This document shows positions 10,916-23,737 of a stretch of DNA of 64,000 nt, piece after piece. The stretch spans positions 214,768,001 through 214,832,000 of the forward strand of contig OZ024743.1 of assembly GCA_964016885.1 (NCBI GenBank), in the 5' to 3' direction. Made by a program: the position numbers and the translations under genes. The number at the start of each line of letters is the position of its first letter. Positions within the stretch are counted from its first letter, which is position 1. Source of the stretch: Eledone cirrhosa. Its lineage: Eukaryota. The notes beneath the pieces are model-generated. The model searched no databases, was not told the DNA's origin, and was given only the letters and a program-made list of their open reading frames with translations.

Positions 10916-13900
10916 TTATACTTCGCTTCGGTCAGTGTTGTTTGTTTGGGTGTTGTGGTTATTCCATTCATTCTTTCTGTTTAGCTTTGGTCTTCTAATT
11001 TCTATTTCACTGGCCTCTCTGATTTGCCTATCTGCTGGGTCATTTCTATGTTTAGATATTATTCTAATTTCTATGTTGTCTATGTTACCGTCATGTTGTT
11101 GTCTAGCATGTTCGTATAGTACTGACACGTGTTTTCGTCCTTTTAGTTCCCCCCAGTGTTGGTCTATCCTTTCACCTATGCTACGAGCTGTCTCACCTAT
11201 GTATGTTGTTGTCATGTTTCTGCAAGTACCCTCTGTACATCTTATGCTATAGACTACGTTTCTAGTTTTACAGTGTATCCGGGGGTTCACCTTACATATG
11301 ATACATTTCCTATTGGTACACTGGGTGTTCTTAAAAGGCTATGTTTTGCTGATCAAGGATTTTATGGTGGTTCCTGGCTTTTCTACCACCTTTATTTTTA
11401 AGTGGGTCTTTCTCAGGGCCTTTCTACACTGGTTAGCTAATTTCCCTCCAGGGGTGGCGTCCACAAACATGACACTCTGGTATCTCTGGTTGTCGTACCA
11501 TGAGGTGGCTTTCCCTATCTTATGTCTAGCCCTATCTAAGCTATTCCATGATTTGCTCCTGTATAATGGGCAAATTCCTTTCATGTCCAGTTCTATGGGA
11601 GTCTTATACATTTCCATGGCTCCTTCGTATACTCTGACTCTGTCTCTTTGGTTGTAGCCAGAGAACTGCATGCGGTTGATGAAGTGTTGGATGTGTCTTT
11701 CCATTTCTGTTGGGTCGCACATGCGGGACACATTCTTCATCACTCGTACCAAATCTGCGATCAGAATATTAAACTTAGCACTACTGGACATTGCTGAGTT
11801 TTTGAGTATCAGGTATTTCGAGGCCATGGGTTTAGCATAGTGTGAGTGGAGAATTTGGGCGCTCTCGTCTATAGTGTTAATCCAGAGTTCTGTGTCTAAT
11901 ACGGGTAGTCTATTGTTAGGGTGTTTGGAAGGGAGGTCGATAGTTACAGTTATACTCTGGTGTATGGAATTAGCTATCTGCTTGATGCTTTCCATCGTGC
12001 TACGTTCTAAATCAAACTTGTTAGTGCTCTCTAGTGGGGGTGTTCTTATAACTATATTGATATCGTCTACATAACGAGAGTACATGATGAGGTCTATGGA
12101 TCTTTCATTAAGGAGATCTTTAAGTCTCCTTTCCCAACATACCATGAAAAGGTTGGCAACATCACCAGCTATGCTGACGCCGATGGCTGATCCCTCATTT
12201 TGGGTGTAGATTTTCTCGTTGAACTTAAATATGTGGCCCTTTATGGTAGTTTTGATACTAGCCCATATTGCATGTGCGACCATTTTTCTTACCTGATCAT
12301 TGTTTTGGGGTGTCCGTATAGCTTTGGGCCACCCAAATCCACCTTCCCATGAGAGTCGTTTTTGCCATTGAGGTTATGGTGGGGGTCTACCTCTTATAGG
12401 TCTACTAGGGCAGAAACATCTAAGGTCATGGCTGTCTAGGTAGTCAGTGTCGTAGGTAAGTCTAAGTAGGAGGCCCAGTTCGTCTGTGTCGACGTCGCAG
12501 AACTCCACTTCACTCTCAATGATCATCTCCACACATCTTTTCACAGCAAAATCAATGTTAATGGATGGGTACAGTGACACCACATCCAAGCTGCCTATTA
12601 CGCAGTTGGATAGGCTCCTGTTTTTGTTGTTGCACTCACTGATTCTGCTGAGGAGATCCTCTGTACTGTCACATACATCTGGGGACATCTTGATTATGGG
12701 GCGTATAACCATTGAGAGGAAGTAGGAGATCCTGTAGTTGCTAGCTATATTAGCTCCGCATACGGGTCTTGTTGGTGGTCCTGTTGTCGGGTCGTGAACT
12801 GTCTTGTGGTCTTTACGGAGCCCATACAAGGGTGGTATGCCATTGTTAGACGCATGGAAGTTATTGGCAGTGCGTCTGCTTGGCTTTAGGATGTCAGTCC
12901 ACATCATCATGTGAGCGTTGAGGATTTTTTCTCTCCCAACTTGTGTTTGTTGCGCAATTTCGCTCGTGTTGGTGATATGGTGTTGCATAGTCTCGATGTA
13001 GTTCGGCATGCTATCTATTGACGTCCTACCAGACTTATCCGTGGGTAGACACACTACCTCACCATCCCTTGTGCGCTGCTTGAGGCTAACCAAGCCTTCT
13101 ACAGGTTTCCTCCCAAGTTGTTGGGCCTCTGGTCTGCTCTGTCTCTTAGTATACCTGTCTACTATTTGTCTAATCGTATTTCTAGCTATGGTGAACTGTG
13201 CCTCTGTCTCGTCATCTATTTGTTGTGGTATGCAAACTCTTTTATTAAAGGGTAACCTCGTAGGATAGATATTACCCATCTTATATGTTTTGTCAGCTGG
13301 GTTGAAAAATTGTTTCTCTAAGGGGTTGTCATTATATCTATCGTCATAGTTGTGTGTGTTGCTATTATTGTTATCAGGGTGGTTGTTGTTGTTTCTATCA
13401 TTAGCATTATTATTATTATTATGTTTGCTAGATGTATTGTTGTTTACTTCACCGTTATTGTTGTTGTTGTTACTGTTATTTCTACCATTGTGGTTGTTAC
13501 TTTTATGATGTTTCTTATTTTTGTTGTGTCTCTCATTGATGTTGCTACATGTACTATTTCCATTATTACCACTGTGGTTATTGTTGTTGTTCGTATTGTT
13601 ACCGTTATTACTACTGTGGTCGTTGTTTCTGTGGTTAATGTTTCTATTATTATTATTATTGTGGTTGTTGTTGTTCTGTCTATCGCTAGTATTATTACCA
13701 TTATCACTATTTCTCACTTTCCTGCTATTGTTATAGTTATGGCTGTTATTTCTATACTCAGAGTTATTGTTTATATTACTACTACCGTTATTATTGTTGT
13801 TGTTTACCTTTGCATTCCAACGTATTTTTGTGAAACACTTTTCCAGCTCCGTTTTGCACTCCATAGGGTTAATCTTTTTGTAGATGGCAAATTTTGGTGG

Positions 13901-14257
13901 TAGCCGCAGAATTTGTTGTTCTTGCTCACTGATTAAAGTGTTCCCATAGATATTTACTGTGTGGTCATTGGTAAATTCTTCCGGTAGTTTTACATCAGTC
14001 ATACGGATATTGTTGATGTTATCTGGGTATTTTTGAGAATATTCGATTTTCCTTTCTTGTAGTTTTTTTTTATTCATCCATTCTAATTTCTTATTGAAAT
14101 GCCTATTGCATTCGTTTCGAGCGTATTTCGTTTCACGTCGGATGACGCTCATGAAGTTATCTCTCTCGTTTGCTGTGATGAGATTTCGGATTTCCTTACC
14201 GTTAATGCGTTTTTGTCTGTAGAGTGCGTTGACTTTTGTGTATGTTGTTCTTTTCAT
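10916..14257 (-). pseudogene. PLE RT + GIY-YIG ORF, broken into three frames, with Asn-rich insertion
   Basis: TDKSG, GLRKDHK, RPVCGA, SLDVVSLYPSI, GSAIGVSIAGDVANLFM, RYVDD, PVLDTELW, Cx4Cx2C linker, NVVYSIRC..C..YIGETAR..ERI..H and RQIREA..I..PKLN. Confidence 0.9.
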
Positions 14258-14541
14258 ATTAACTGTTATTGTGTTTTAGTCGTTCGGCTTGTGTGTTGTT
14301 CAATAATAAATTATTTACTTGTTTTGATATGTTTGTCGTCTATGTTTTGGAGGAAACACAGTGTTTTAAGAAGCGGATTTGTTCTGTTGTTATTGTAGTT
14401 TTTATATAACAGAAAACAGTGTCTTTCAATAACCTTTCAGCTTGGCATAAAAGACAGCGAGAAGCGAAAACCAACCAAACAGTGAGTGTGTTCTGTTATT
14501 AATTCTGGCAATATTACACAAATATAACCCTCCCCAAGTAT

Positions 14542-14583
<42 letters not shown>

Positions 14584-14899
14584 CAAATTGAGGAGGGCGT
14601 GCAAAAGACTCGCTAACCTACTCAGACGGTTCCAAATGTGACAGGTACCGAGATGATATGTGCTAATGGTGACGTGACTACCACCAGCTCGGAATTATTA
14701 TTAACGTATGGATTGATGTAGAACGCCGCTAAATTATAGCCAATAAAAATAAAATATGAATAAATTCCTATTAAAAAACAATCGTCGACAAACAACATAC
14801 ATATATGCTTGTATGTGTGTGCTTGTTTGTATGCGTGTGTGTGGGTGTATGTGTGTATGTGTTTGATGTTATTATTAAACGTCTAGATTTATAAGTATG

Positions 14900-15530
14900 A
14901 TGAAAACAATTTTATACTTACATATGAACTTGCATATATGCTGCTTGTTAAAGACTGTCTCGATTTAAAGTAGCGTAAATGCATCAATAAACAAGTAATG
15001 TAAATGATAAGCATTTGAATGTCTATTTGGCATAAAGTAGCAGTAATACACTGGAATAAATGTAGAAAAATAGAAATGTAGAAAAATGTAGAAAAATAGA
15101 AAAAAAGTAGAAAAAATTATATTTAATTACTTTCAAACATCTGCATCTTTTAATACTAAATACATACACTGTAAATCAATTTACAACAAAGTATTAATCC
15201 AATCCAAAATAAATATCTGTCTGCTACTCCAGACTATAATTAATTATTATATCTCCAATAACATGTATAACTTCTAAGTTTGATAGCGCATTAAGAACTC
15301 AATATAAAGTATTATATGACTTGAACAGAGTGAATGGTTATGAAATTGGCAGATAAACGTCAGATGAAAGAGAAAATGGTCAGCATCTTTTAAAATAAAA
15401 TAGTTATACATTGCTGAAGTGAATACAATTGCATTCAGATTGATGTGGTGTCTGCAGCGATGACGAAAAGAAATGGGTTAAAAATATGAGTAAAAAAGAA
15501 AACAAATGACATTTCCATGGTAATATATTC

Positions 15531-15591
<61 letters not shown>

Positions 15592-16258
15592 AAACTTGGA
15601 GAGGAACAACAACAGAGAGGCAGTACAAATAAAAGTTTATTAGGGTCACACTCTTGAGAGTGGGGCGTAGTATATTATATATATAAATAAATAAATAAGT
15701 AAATAAATAAATATATATATATCACGATCAACATATTGTATTTTAAAGAGCTCAGGATTCCTTTTCCTTTGAGCCCATAATTGCAGGGAATAACGAGAGT
15801 CTATGGCTCCGTTAATTTATCGTGATATTTCGCTCTTTATCACAGTCTTTCCTCTCTCTCTCTGTTTGGTTGAGCACATCTCTTTGAGTGGTTTTCGAGC
15901 AACCCTTTCTAGCAGACTGTCCCTCAGATACAACTGGTTCACTTCCCTACGCACTCTGTCACATCTCTCTGCCACGTGTTGCTGGACGGTCGTCTTAGAT
16001 TTTCTAGGGAGTTATCTGGAATGTATTTGTCTTGCACGCGCTGATGACCCATAGGCGATTCCATTTCAGTCAACAATTTCTCGGCGAAACATATCTCTTT
16101 GGATTTGTACGCGTATATGCATTTTAATTTATACTTTTAATTAGTGTGTGTATACCCCGCCTCCCATAGGTTATAGATTCCATACACTGGTGGCTTCCCT
16201 GTTTTATTGATGGCACACGCACACTCTCTCTCTAGTGTTTTACTCTTTCTTTCAACAT

Positions 16259-16300
<42 letters not shown>

Positions 16301-17650
16301 ACTCTCTTTTATTCATGTATTTTCATGCAAAACAGTCTATAACTCTCCAGTTATGATCAAAAGTTGTTCTGGGTCGCAATTTATCCTTTTTGTGGATGCA
16401 GAACAGCATATTCTAATGTTTCTATTATTTTAAGATTGTACAGCCTAGTCCACAGATGTGGATGGCATAATGTGCACGAGGCATTATATAGCAGAGATTC
16501 CACCGTTTTACTGTTTTGATGGTAAGTTCGTTTGCCGTGTAGTAATTATCCCAAATTACGACAAAGATTTGAGAGGGGCATAAAGAGTTACGATGAAAAA
16601 TATTAAGGGAAACGTTTAAGAATTTGAAAAATGTAACAGGTTATTATCAGAAATAAATTAATTCATTGCAGGTTTACTCTCTCTTAATACACGTTTGCCT
16701 GGAAATCGTTAGCTGGTGATTCCATTGCATTTATTTTAATCTACTTGCTATATGTTTTGGTATGATTTAGATTTCACCGTAACAGCCATTATACCTTCCT
16801 AGCTAAGATTTAAAACGCTGAAATGTTATCATAATTGCATATTCATTTCCTAGTAAAAACAAACACGCAGACACCAGCGCGCACATACATACACAAACAC
16901 ACATATACATGTAAGATGAACAGGCAAACACACATAAATACACATATATGCAGATGCACGTATCTTATGGTTAATATCTAGTTATTCATCTGATTATACG
17001 CATACAGATTCATAATTATGTATTTATATGCATAATGAGAACACTCATCTAGACGACAGATGATTATTCGCTTTAAGTATACACAAGCGTGTTTGGATAT
17101 ATATGCATAAATGGAAGGAAGACAATATACATGAGATAAAAGAGGGATAGGTTCTGATAAAGTACTGAGTGAGCGTGTGAATATTAGTTCGAAAATATAT
17201 TCATATACTTCGTTGCTATGTAATGTTTAATATTTTCAGGTTTATGGAAATTCTGAGTATGGATGAATACGTTCATCTCAGTGAAATAATGAATACAAAT
17301 TACTTCGTGAATGGTCTACCAGCATTTTCTTTATCTAATATGATGAAATATGGAAAATAGTTTTCATTTTCTTTTAACATATTAAGAAGTTATAAGTATT
17401 TGTGGAAGTATATGTAACTTAATTAGAAGAATATTGAAGAATCTGAGGAAATATTGTCAGATATTTTTTCTGTTATATTCAAATGTGTTATGGTACGTAT
17501 GAAGCAGAGAATGTATGTATGCATGATATGTATTAAGGTAGTTGTGAAGTTATTGAATAATTAAAATCATATTGGGCATAATGATTTTCGGAAACACAAA
17601 TTATAATGTATGGTACATGTTTGCTTGAACGACTAATTATTCATTTCTAC
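14900..17650 (+). pseudogene. Highly decayed Toll-like receptor-like pseudogene (LRR - TM - TIR), interrupted by repeats
   Basis: LRR-like GLLSLNTRLPGNR*LVIPLHLF (~16671-16740); juxtamembrane VYGNSEYG* (~17240); TIR-like YDEIW (~17339-17353), NIEESEEIL (~17430) and W-TYEAE (~17491-17510). Many stops and frameshifts. Confidence 0.5.
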
Positions 17651-17792
17651 CGATACATTTTCCCTCTCCCACACACAAACACATTCTCAGACATACACGC
17701 ACACACACACACGAACAAACGCGCATATATATATAAATATATATATATATATATTATATATTATATATATATTATATATTAATATTATATAT

Positions 17793-17823
<31 letters not shown>

Positions 17824-17836
17824 TATATATTAATAT

Positions 17837-17904
<68 letters not shown>

Positions 17905-17932
17905 TAATATTATATATTATATATATATATAT

Positions 17933-18485
17933 ATAATGTATTTTGCAATACACTTTATGCTTAATTAAAAGCATTTTGAAGACCGTAAGCTATTGTTTTA
18001 AAGTAGTGACGAATTCACTCACTTCGATCTCAGCAAACAGGGGAGATAAGCCGACATGACATATTTCGCTTTTGTTGAAGCTTATCAAGGCCAACTACCC
18101 CGCCTGTCTACTGAGATCAATGATGTTATATTCTTATAGAAATCTAGTAAATAATCAGGAGCTGATTATGCAGAGCGGTTGTTGGTCAGGCAGAAATTAA
18201 AAATAAGAATTGGAGCTCTGAAATAGCAATATATATATGGATGTATATATAATGTATTTTGCAATACACTTTATGCTTAGATCGAAGTGAGTGAATTTGT
18301 CACTACTTTAAAACAATAGCTTACGGTCTTCAAAATGCTTTTAATTAAGCATAAAGTGTATTGCAAAATACATTATATATACATCCATATATATATTGCT
18401 ATTTCAGAGCTCCAATTCTAATTTTTAATTTCTGCCTGACCAACAACCGCTCTGCATAATCAGCTCCTGATTATTTACTAGATTT
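17933..18485. mobile_element. ~316-bp retrozyme-like unit plus circularly permuted inverted copy, in (TA)n
   Basis: The unit start AATGTATTTTGCAATACACTTTATGCTT recurs at 17935 and 18251. 18279-18485 is the reverse complement of unit end joined to unit start. A degenerate HHR lies on the minus strand at ~18052-18092. Confidence 0.7.
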
Positions 18486-18520
18486 ATATATATATATTAT
18501 ATATTAATATTATATATTAC

Positions 18521-18556
<36 letters not shown>

Positions 18557-18591
18557 CATATATATATATATATGTATATATATATTTATAT

Positions 18592-18720
18592 TGCGAAGCT
18601 GCGTGGTTAAAAAATTTGATTCACAATCAAGAGGCTGGTTGTTCAATTCCCGGATCTGGCGATGCGTTATGTCTTTGAGCAGTACATTTTATTTCACGTT
18701 GCTCCATCTGCCTATATTTG
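18592..18720 (+). mobile_element. tRNA-derived SINE head and core (related copy at ~31675-31785)
   Basis: A-box-like GTGGTTAA and B-box-like GTTCAATTCC, followed by a TGTC(C/T)TTGAGCA core. Confidence 0.55.
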
Positions 18721-19003
18721 CGAGTCTAGATTGCCTAGATTGTATTAGCAATTGGAAAGACCAATGCAAACATTATTGGTGGGTCCGATTGGACGAGCTC
18801 TAACCCACTGTTAAGCGAATGAGGTCTGGGATCTTGTCGATTGGCTGTTATATATAGGAGAGGAATAAATTGGGTATAATATCAGTTTCTTAACAAGGAC
18901 CAATAAGTTCGATATATTAACCAATTATGGAAGAATACAGGGCGTAACATTTTAAAATCACTTTATTAATGTTTACACGCGTTTCAACTTCAATATTAAA
19001 GCA

Positions 19004-19057
<54 letters not shown>

Positions 19058-19058
19058 G

Positions 19059-19179
<121 letters not shown>

Positions 19180-19683
19180 ATGCATATTTAGTATAGAAAG
19201 TCTTCTACAGGATTTGAACTGTTTCATTCGGGAGAAATCATCAGGAAGGCGGCTGTCAAAGTAATATGGTGGTATTTATATCTCTTCTGGTGGGAGGAGA
19301 GTGTGGTATTTGGTTGATGAGTTTAAAGAAAAGGGAATTCTTTAAAAACTATATTTAGAATAACAAAGGCATAAAGAATTCTATAGAAAGGTTCACTCTT
19401 GGGGAGCCACTCCTGAATTTAAGGTTCAATTAAGCTAACAATGCCTTTCGGCAGGTGTCTATAAGCTCATTCACACACGCACACATATAGAGTCCCCACT
19501 CCTTCACACTCGCAAAAACACACACCCTTAAACCTCTCTATATATATATATATATAATTACATATATACATATATATGCTTGTGTGTGTGTATATATACA
19601 CACACACATATTTTTATATATACACATATATACATATATACACATACACATATATACATATATATACATATATACATATATAC

Positions 19684-19730
<47 letters not shown>

Positions 19731-19784
19731 TATATATATATACGCACATGATGTTATTATTAATATATATATATGTATGTATAT

Positions 19785-22511
19785 TAGGGTGTTCCAGAAT
19801 CCCACATTTTACACAACAGTGTTTTTTTCTTAGCTCCATATGAATTTTCTCATGCTATCTTGTATATTATCAATTTATAAAATGAAATTTTGATTATTTC
19901 AGACCAATTTAAGCTTTGCCTGATAGTTGCAAATTGTCAGAATAATGGCGGAAACCAGTGGGCCTAGTTTTAGCTACTCGCTCCGTTGTGATGATCGAGA
20001 AACATGGCTCCTGGGCAATATGTTACATCCTTTTCTCCAAACAAATTACCAACAAAGGGTGATGTTCAAAGTTATTTCTTCTACCAGAAAGATGGTCCTA
20101 TGAAACATGAAAAGCATGTGAACTTCAATGGTGCTATTGCGGATAGGCTTGTGAGGGAAGTAGTTAGTCAGTGGGAAAATGCTGGTGTGGCGACTAATCG
20201 AAAAGACAAAGTGAAACTGAAAATTATGAACATATAACAAACAAAGGTTCTAAGTCAAACCCCCCAAAAAGTAAGCACTATTTATTTCTGAATTGGATTC
20301 GTATTTCTACATTGCACATACTGAGGCTGAAAAGAACATTTTGAAAGACCGTCTTCGTGATAACGAACAGAAAATGGAAGATACTACATTTCTCGAAGCC
20401 CTGCGTTGCCAGAAAAACGTATCTCCTGGTGCTAAAGACAAGGGCTACCAGAAAAAGGTATTTTCAAAGTTTAAGCGTGATCAGGTTTCTGTGGCTTGTC
20501 GAGAGTCAGAGAAACATAGAAAGCGTTTGTCAGGATCTGTAGCCGCACAACTTCCACGTAATGAACTGAGTGATTCTCTTTCAACCAATGATGAAACTGA
20601 AGACGAACAGGATCCTGAATTTAAGGCCTCATACCCACCCAGAGACAGCTCAAAATCAGACAAGGAACGTAAAATCCAGCTGGAACTCCCAAAGAATCCA
20701 TTTCAAAGTCCAAAAATTTCTCTAATGGCTGATCGTTTAAACCTGACACTGGGCCAGAGAACAGTATATATGGCATCGATTATTTCTGAAGGTGAGACTG
20801 ACATAGACGCCACAACTCTCTCCAAGAATAGTAGCAGACATGCGGCTAAGAAGATCAGAACTCTGGGGGCTGAACACATAAAGGAACAATTTACTGTACC
20901 AGACTTTGTGACCTTGCATTGGGATGGCAAAATAATTCTTGGCGACTACGAGAGGCTAGTTGTGCTAGTTGCTGGAACCCCGGACTTCAGAGAAGGTAAA
21001 CTCATCGGTGTTCCCATAATTCCTAATGGCACTGGAACCAGCCAAGCCAAATCATCATTTGATCTTGTTAAAGATACGAATGTTCATGGGTCTGTGGTGG
21101 GCTTGGTCTTCGACACAACTGCTTCGAATCCTGGATGGAAAATGATGCCTAGAAGAGATGCTCAACAAAAAGAGCTGTTTTATTTTGCTTGTCGGCACCA
21201 TGGAGCGTATCTTGTGTGCAGTGTGGCAACAATTATTCGGAACAATGTCCAGTCCAGATACCCCAGAGTTCAAGGAGATAAAAAAAGATTGGGTGTCACT
21301 CACGGACAAGGAACCTTGTCGACCGGAGACTCAAGCGTCTGTGTTCTGAGAACATCAAGTTCCCCCAAGATTTGCTGACATCTGACGATGGGAAAATAAG
21401 TTCTCTTCCAAGGGACGACTAACGAGAATGTGCAGAGTTGATGTTGATCTTACTTGGTGTCACCCTCCCTCGTGGAATTCATTGGATGCTGCCTGGTGCA
21501 CATCATAACGCTCGGTGGTTATCCACAATCATCTAGAGTGCAAAGATGTATGCATTTGGTGAGCGACTCAATTACGATCAAGCTAAAATGGAAAAGTCTC
21601 GCCGGATCTGTATGTTCAAAGCTCTGCTCTACGTACGATACTGGCTGACAGCAGTCAAGTGTGCTGATGCACCATCTAATGACCTTCAATTCTACGTGGA
21701 GTTGACACAGTACAGTAAGGTTGACAGAGATCTCTCGCAGGCAGCCACTACTGCTCTTTGGTACCTGACGGAGGAAGCCATTCCGCTAGCGCTATTTTCA
21801 AGTCGGGTCCACGAGTCTGAGAAGAAACAAATAGCCCAACGCCTATGTCAAAACGAAAAAGTCTGGGCCTCTCGACCGTGGTGTTCCAGTATTTCCCGAG
21901 TTGAAGTCGTCCACGAAACTGCCACAGCTAGTTGGGAAGAAATCAAGGCTTCTGTTCGATCTCCTTGATCTCGACGATACTTGGTTTGAGCTGTCACCTG
22001 CAACTTGGTCATCACAAGCGTCATATCAAAACGCCTGTGCTGTTGTTCACAATATCAAGGTAGTCAACGATCTGGTGGAGAGAGCAGTCAAGTTGATAAC
22101 TGATTTTGTTGCCATCACCAAGAATGAGGAGAAGCAGTGTGTTCATCAAGTAGTAGAAGCTCATCGTTCAAAGGTACCGGATGTCAAAAAGGAAACTCTG
22201 AAAAAAATATGACTAGAGTTAACTTAACTGAACTTGTTTCTTTCTTGTACACCTTAATATTCAAAGCTGGTTTAATAATATATAATGTATTAATAAAATA
22301 AACAATTATTGTATGGTCATATTTGGTTTCAGATTTTCATGATTTCATGCAACATAATCACACTTTCCACTATAATCACCATGATATAGGCAACACTCAA
22401 AATAATTTATTTTAAACAAAATATGTTTTATTTTACCAATTGGGGCATTTATAATGGGAACGTACTCAGGTTGCGTTCGTATTGTGACCTTGCTTTTTAT
22501 GGCACACTCTA
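19785..22511 (+). mobile_element. hAT-superfamily (hATm-like) DNA transposon, full length, transposase decayed
   Basis: TIRs TAGGGTGTTCCA / TGGCACACTCTA. Flanks ATGTATAT / ATATATAT (7/8 match to an 8-bp TSD). Transposase motifs LHWDGK, FDTTASN, CRHH, PGAHHNARW, LWYLTEE and VVND.VERAVK. Confidence 0.85.
19946..22212 (+). pseudogene. Frameshifted DDE transposase
   Basis: ORFs 20004-20237, 20293-21378, 21546-21968 and 21901-22212 carry collinear hAT-like D/D/E, CxxH and RW motifs. Confidence 0.85.
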
Positions 22512-22520
22512 ATATATATA

Positions 22521-23706
22521 TACTAGCAGCAGTACTCAGCGTTGCCTGTGTAGGTGAAATAATATCTGCTTTGATGAAAAGGTGTTGATCTTAGCGACTG
22601 CTTCTCAATGACTCATCCTATCGCCACACACAGGCCATGCGGGGGAGGGTGGTGATGACCTCTATCACTGAGTGACGAGGGTGACTAACGAAGGGGAATG
22701 CTGGGTGAGGGAGGTAATGACCTCTAACACTAAGCCACATTTCCTCACGCTACTTGATTGGAAACCGATGAATTCTCAAATACACAACTAAAAGCTCAGA
22801 CGACGTCAGTGGCCATCGTTTTGCCTTTGACTAAGAGTCGGTTAGAAATTCATGAGCCGACGAGTTTCTTGAAAATCGGTCGTAAGGTGTAGCAAATGGC
22901 GAAATGTTGAGTTAAATCGTATGGAATATGTGAGAGGTGGAATAAATCGTATTTTGAAGAGTTAAACGGCTGCCACGCCGTCCATGAACAAAAATATGCA
23001 AAGTGTAAAGCTACTATAAGATGAACAATGATAGGTTCTATCGTAGTATAAAAGTTGAAGCAAATAAATTGATTTAAGTGTGAGATGGAGCCGAAGTTTC
23101 GAATTTGAACGAAATCGGTTGAAAAATGTTGGAACTAGAGCCGAAAAGGCGGGAATTTGAGCGAAAAGGTGGTACTTTCGAATATATAAGCGGCTGCCGC
23201 GCCGTCCCTGAACAGAAAATCCAAAATGTAAGGCAAATTTGAAACGTGTTATAATCAGATCTAGTGTAGTGTAAAATTTGAACAAAGTAGGTTGATTAAT
23301 GAGGGAGCTAGAGCCGAAATAGTCGAAATTTGAGACTAAAAGTGATATTTTTGAATATTTAAGCAGCTGCCACGCCGTCCGTGAACAAGAAATCCAAAAT
23401 ATGAAACCAGGACCGGATGTGCAATGATATATTCTATTTTGCTTTAAAAGTTGAATGAAATATGTTGCAAACGTGGGAGCTAGAGACCAACATCTTATTT
23501 TTCGAAAACTATAAAAAGGTGACCCTCCTATCGATTCTTATCTGCAGAATGACCCCGGAATAAAAAAAAATCGATACGCTGATATATAGAAAACATCCCC
23601 GATGAGTAATCTATGAGCCTGCAAAGTTTCATGAAAATCGGTCGTAAGATGTAGGCCCCTATAGGTAATGCACAGATACGCACACACACACATACTTAAT
23701 TTTATA
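22521..23706 (+). mobile_element. Non-autonomous Helentron/DINE-1-like (HINE) element
   Basis: Starts TACTAGCAGCAGTACTCAGCGTTGCC. Internal imperfect repeats of GGCTGCCACGCCGTCC and AAAGTTTCATGAAAATCGG. Ends with a CA microsatellite and TTTTATATAT. Confidence 0.6.
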
Positions 23707-23737
23707 TATTTACATATATACATATATATATATATAT

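Larger units (their letters stand above)
10389..14548 (-). mobile_element. Near full-length Penelope-like element (Nematis/Neptune-like) with short inverted pLTR copy, in (TA)n
   Basis: RT-GIY-YIG ORF remnants. 14447-14548 is the reverse complement of 10433-10533. (TA)n on both sides. The 3' end matches the element at 58348-59795. Confidence 0.9.

Noticed and set aside
1091-14257. Naiad-type selenoprotein PLEs (TA-targeting)
   Set aside because: The GIY-YIG is C-terminal here, and I saw no in-frame TGA at conserved Cys positions; the breaks look like ordinary frameshifts and stops.
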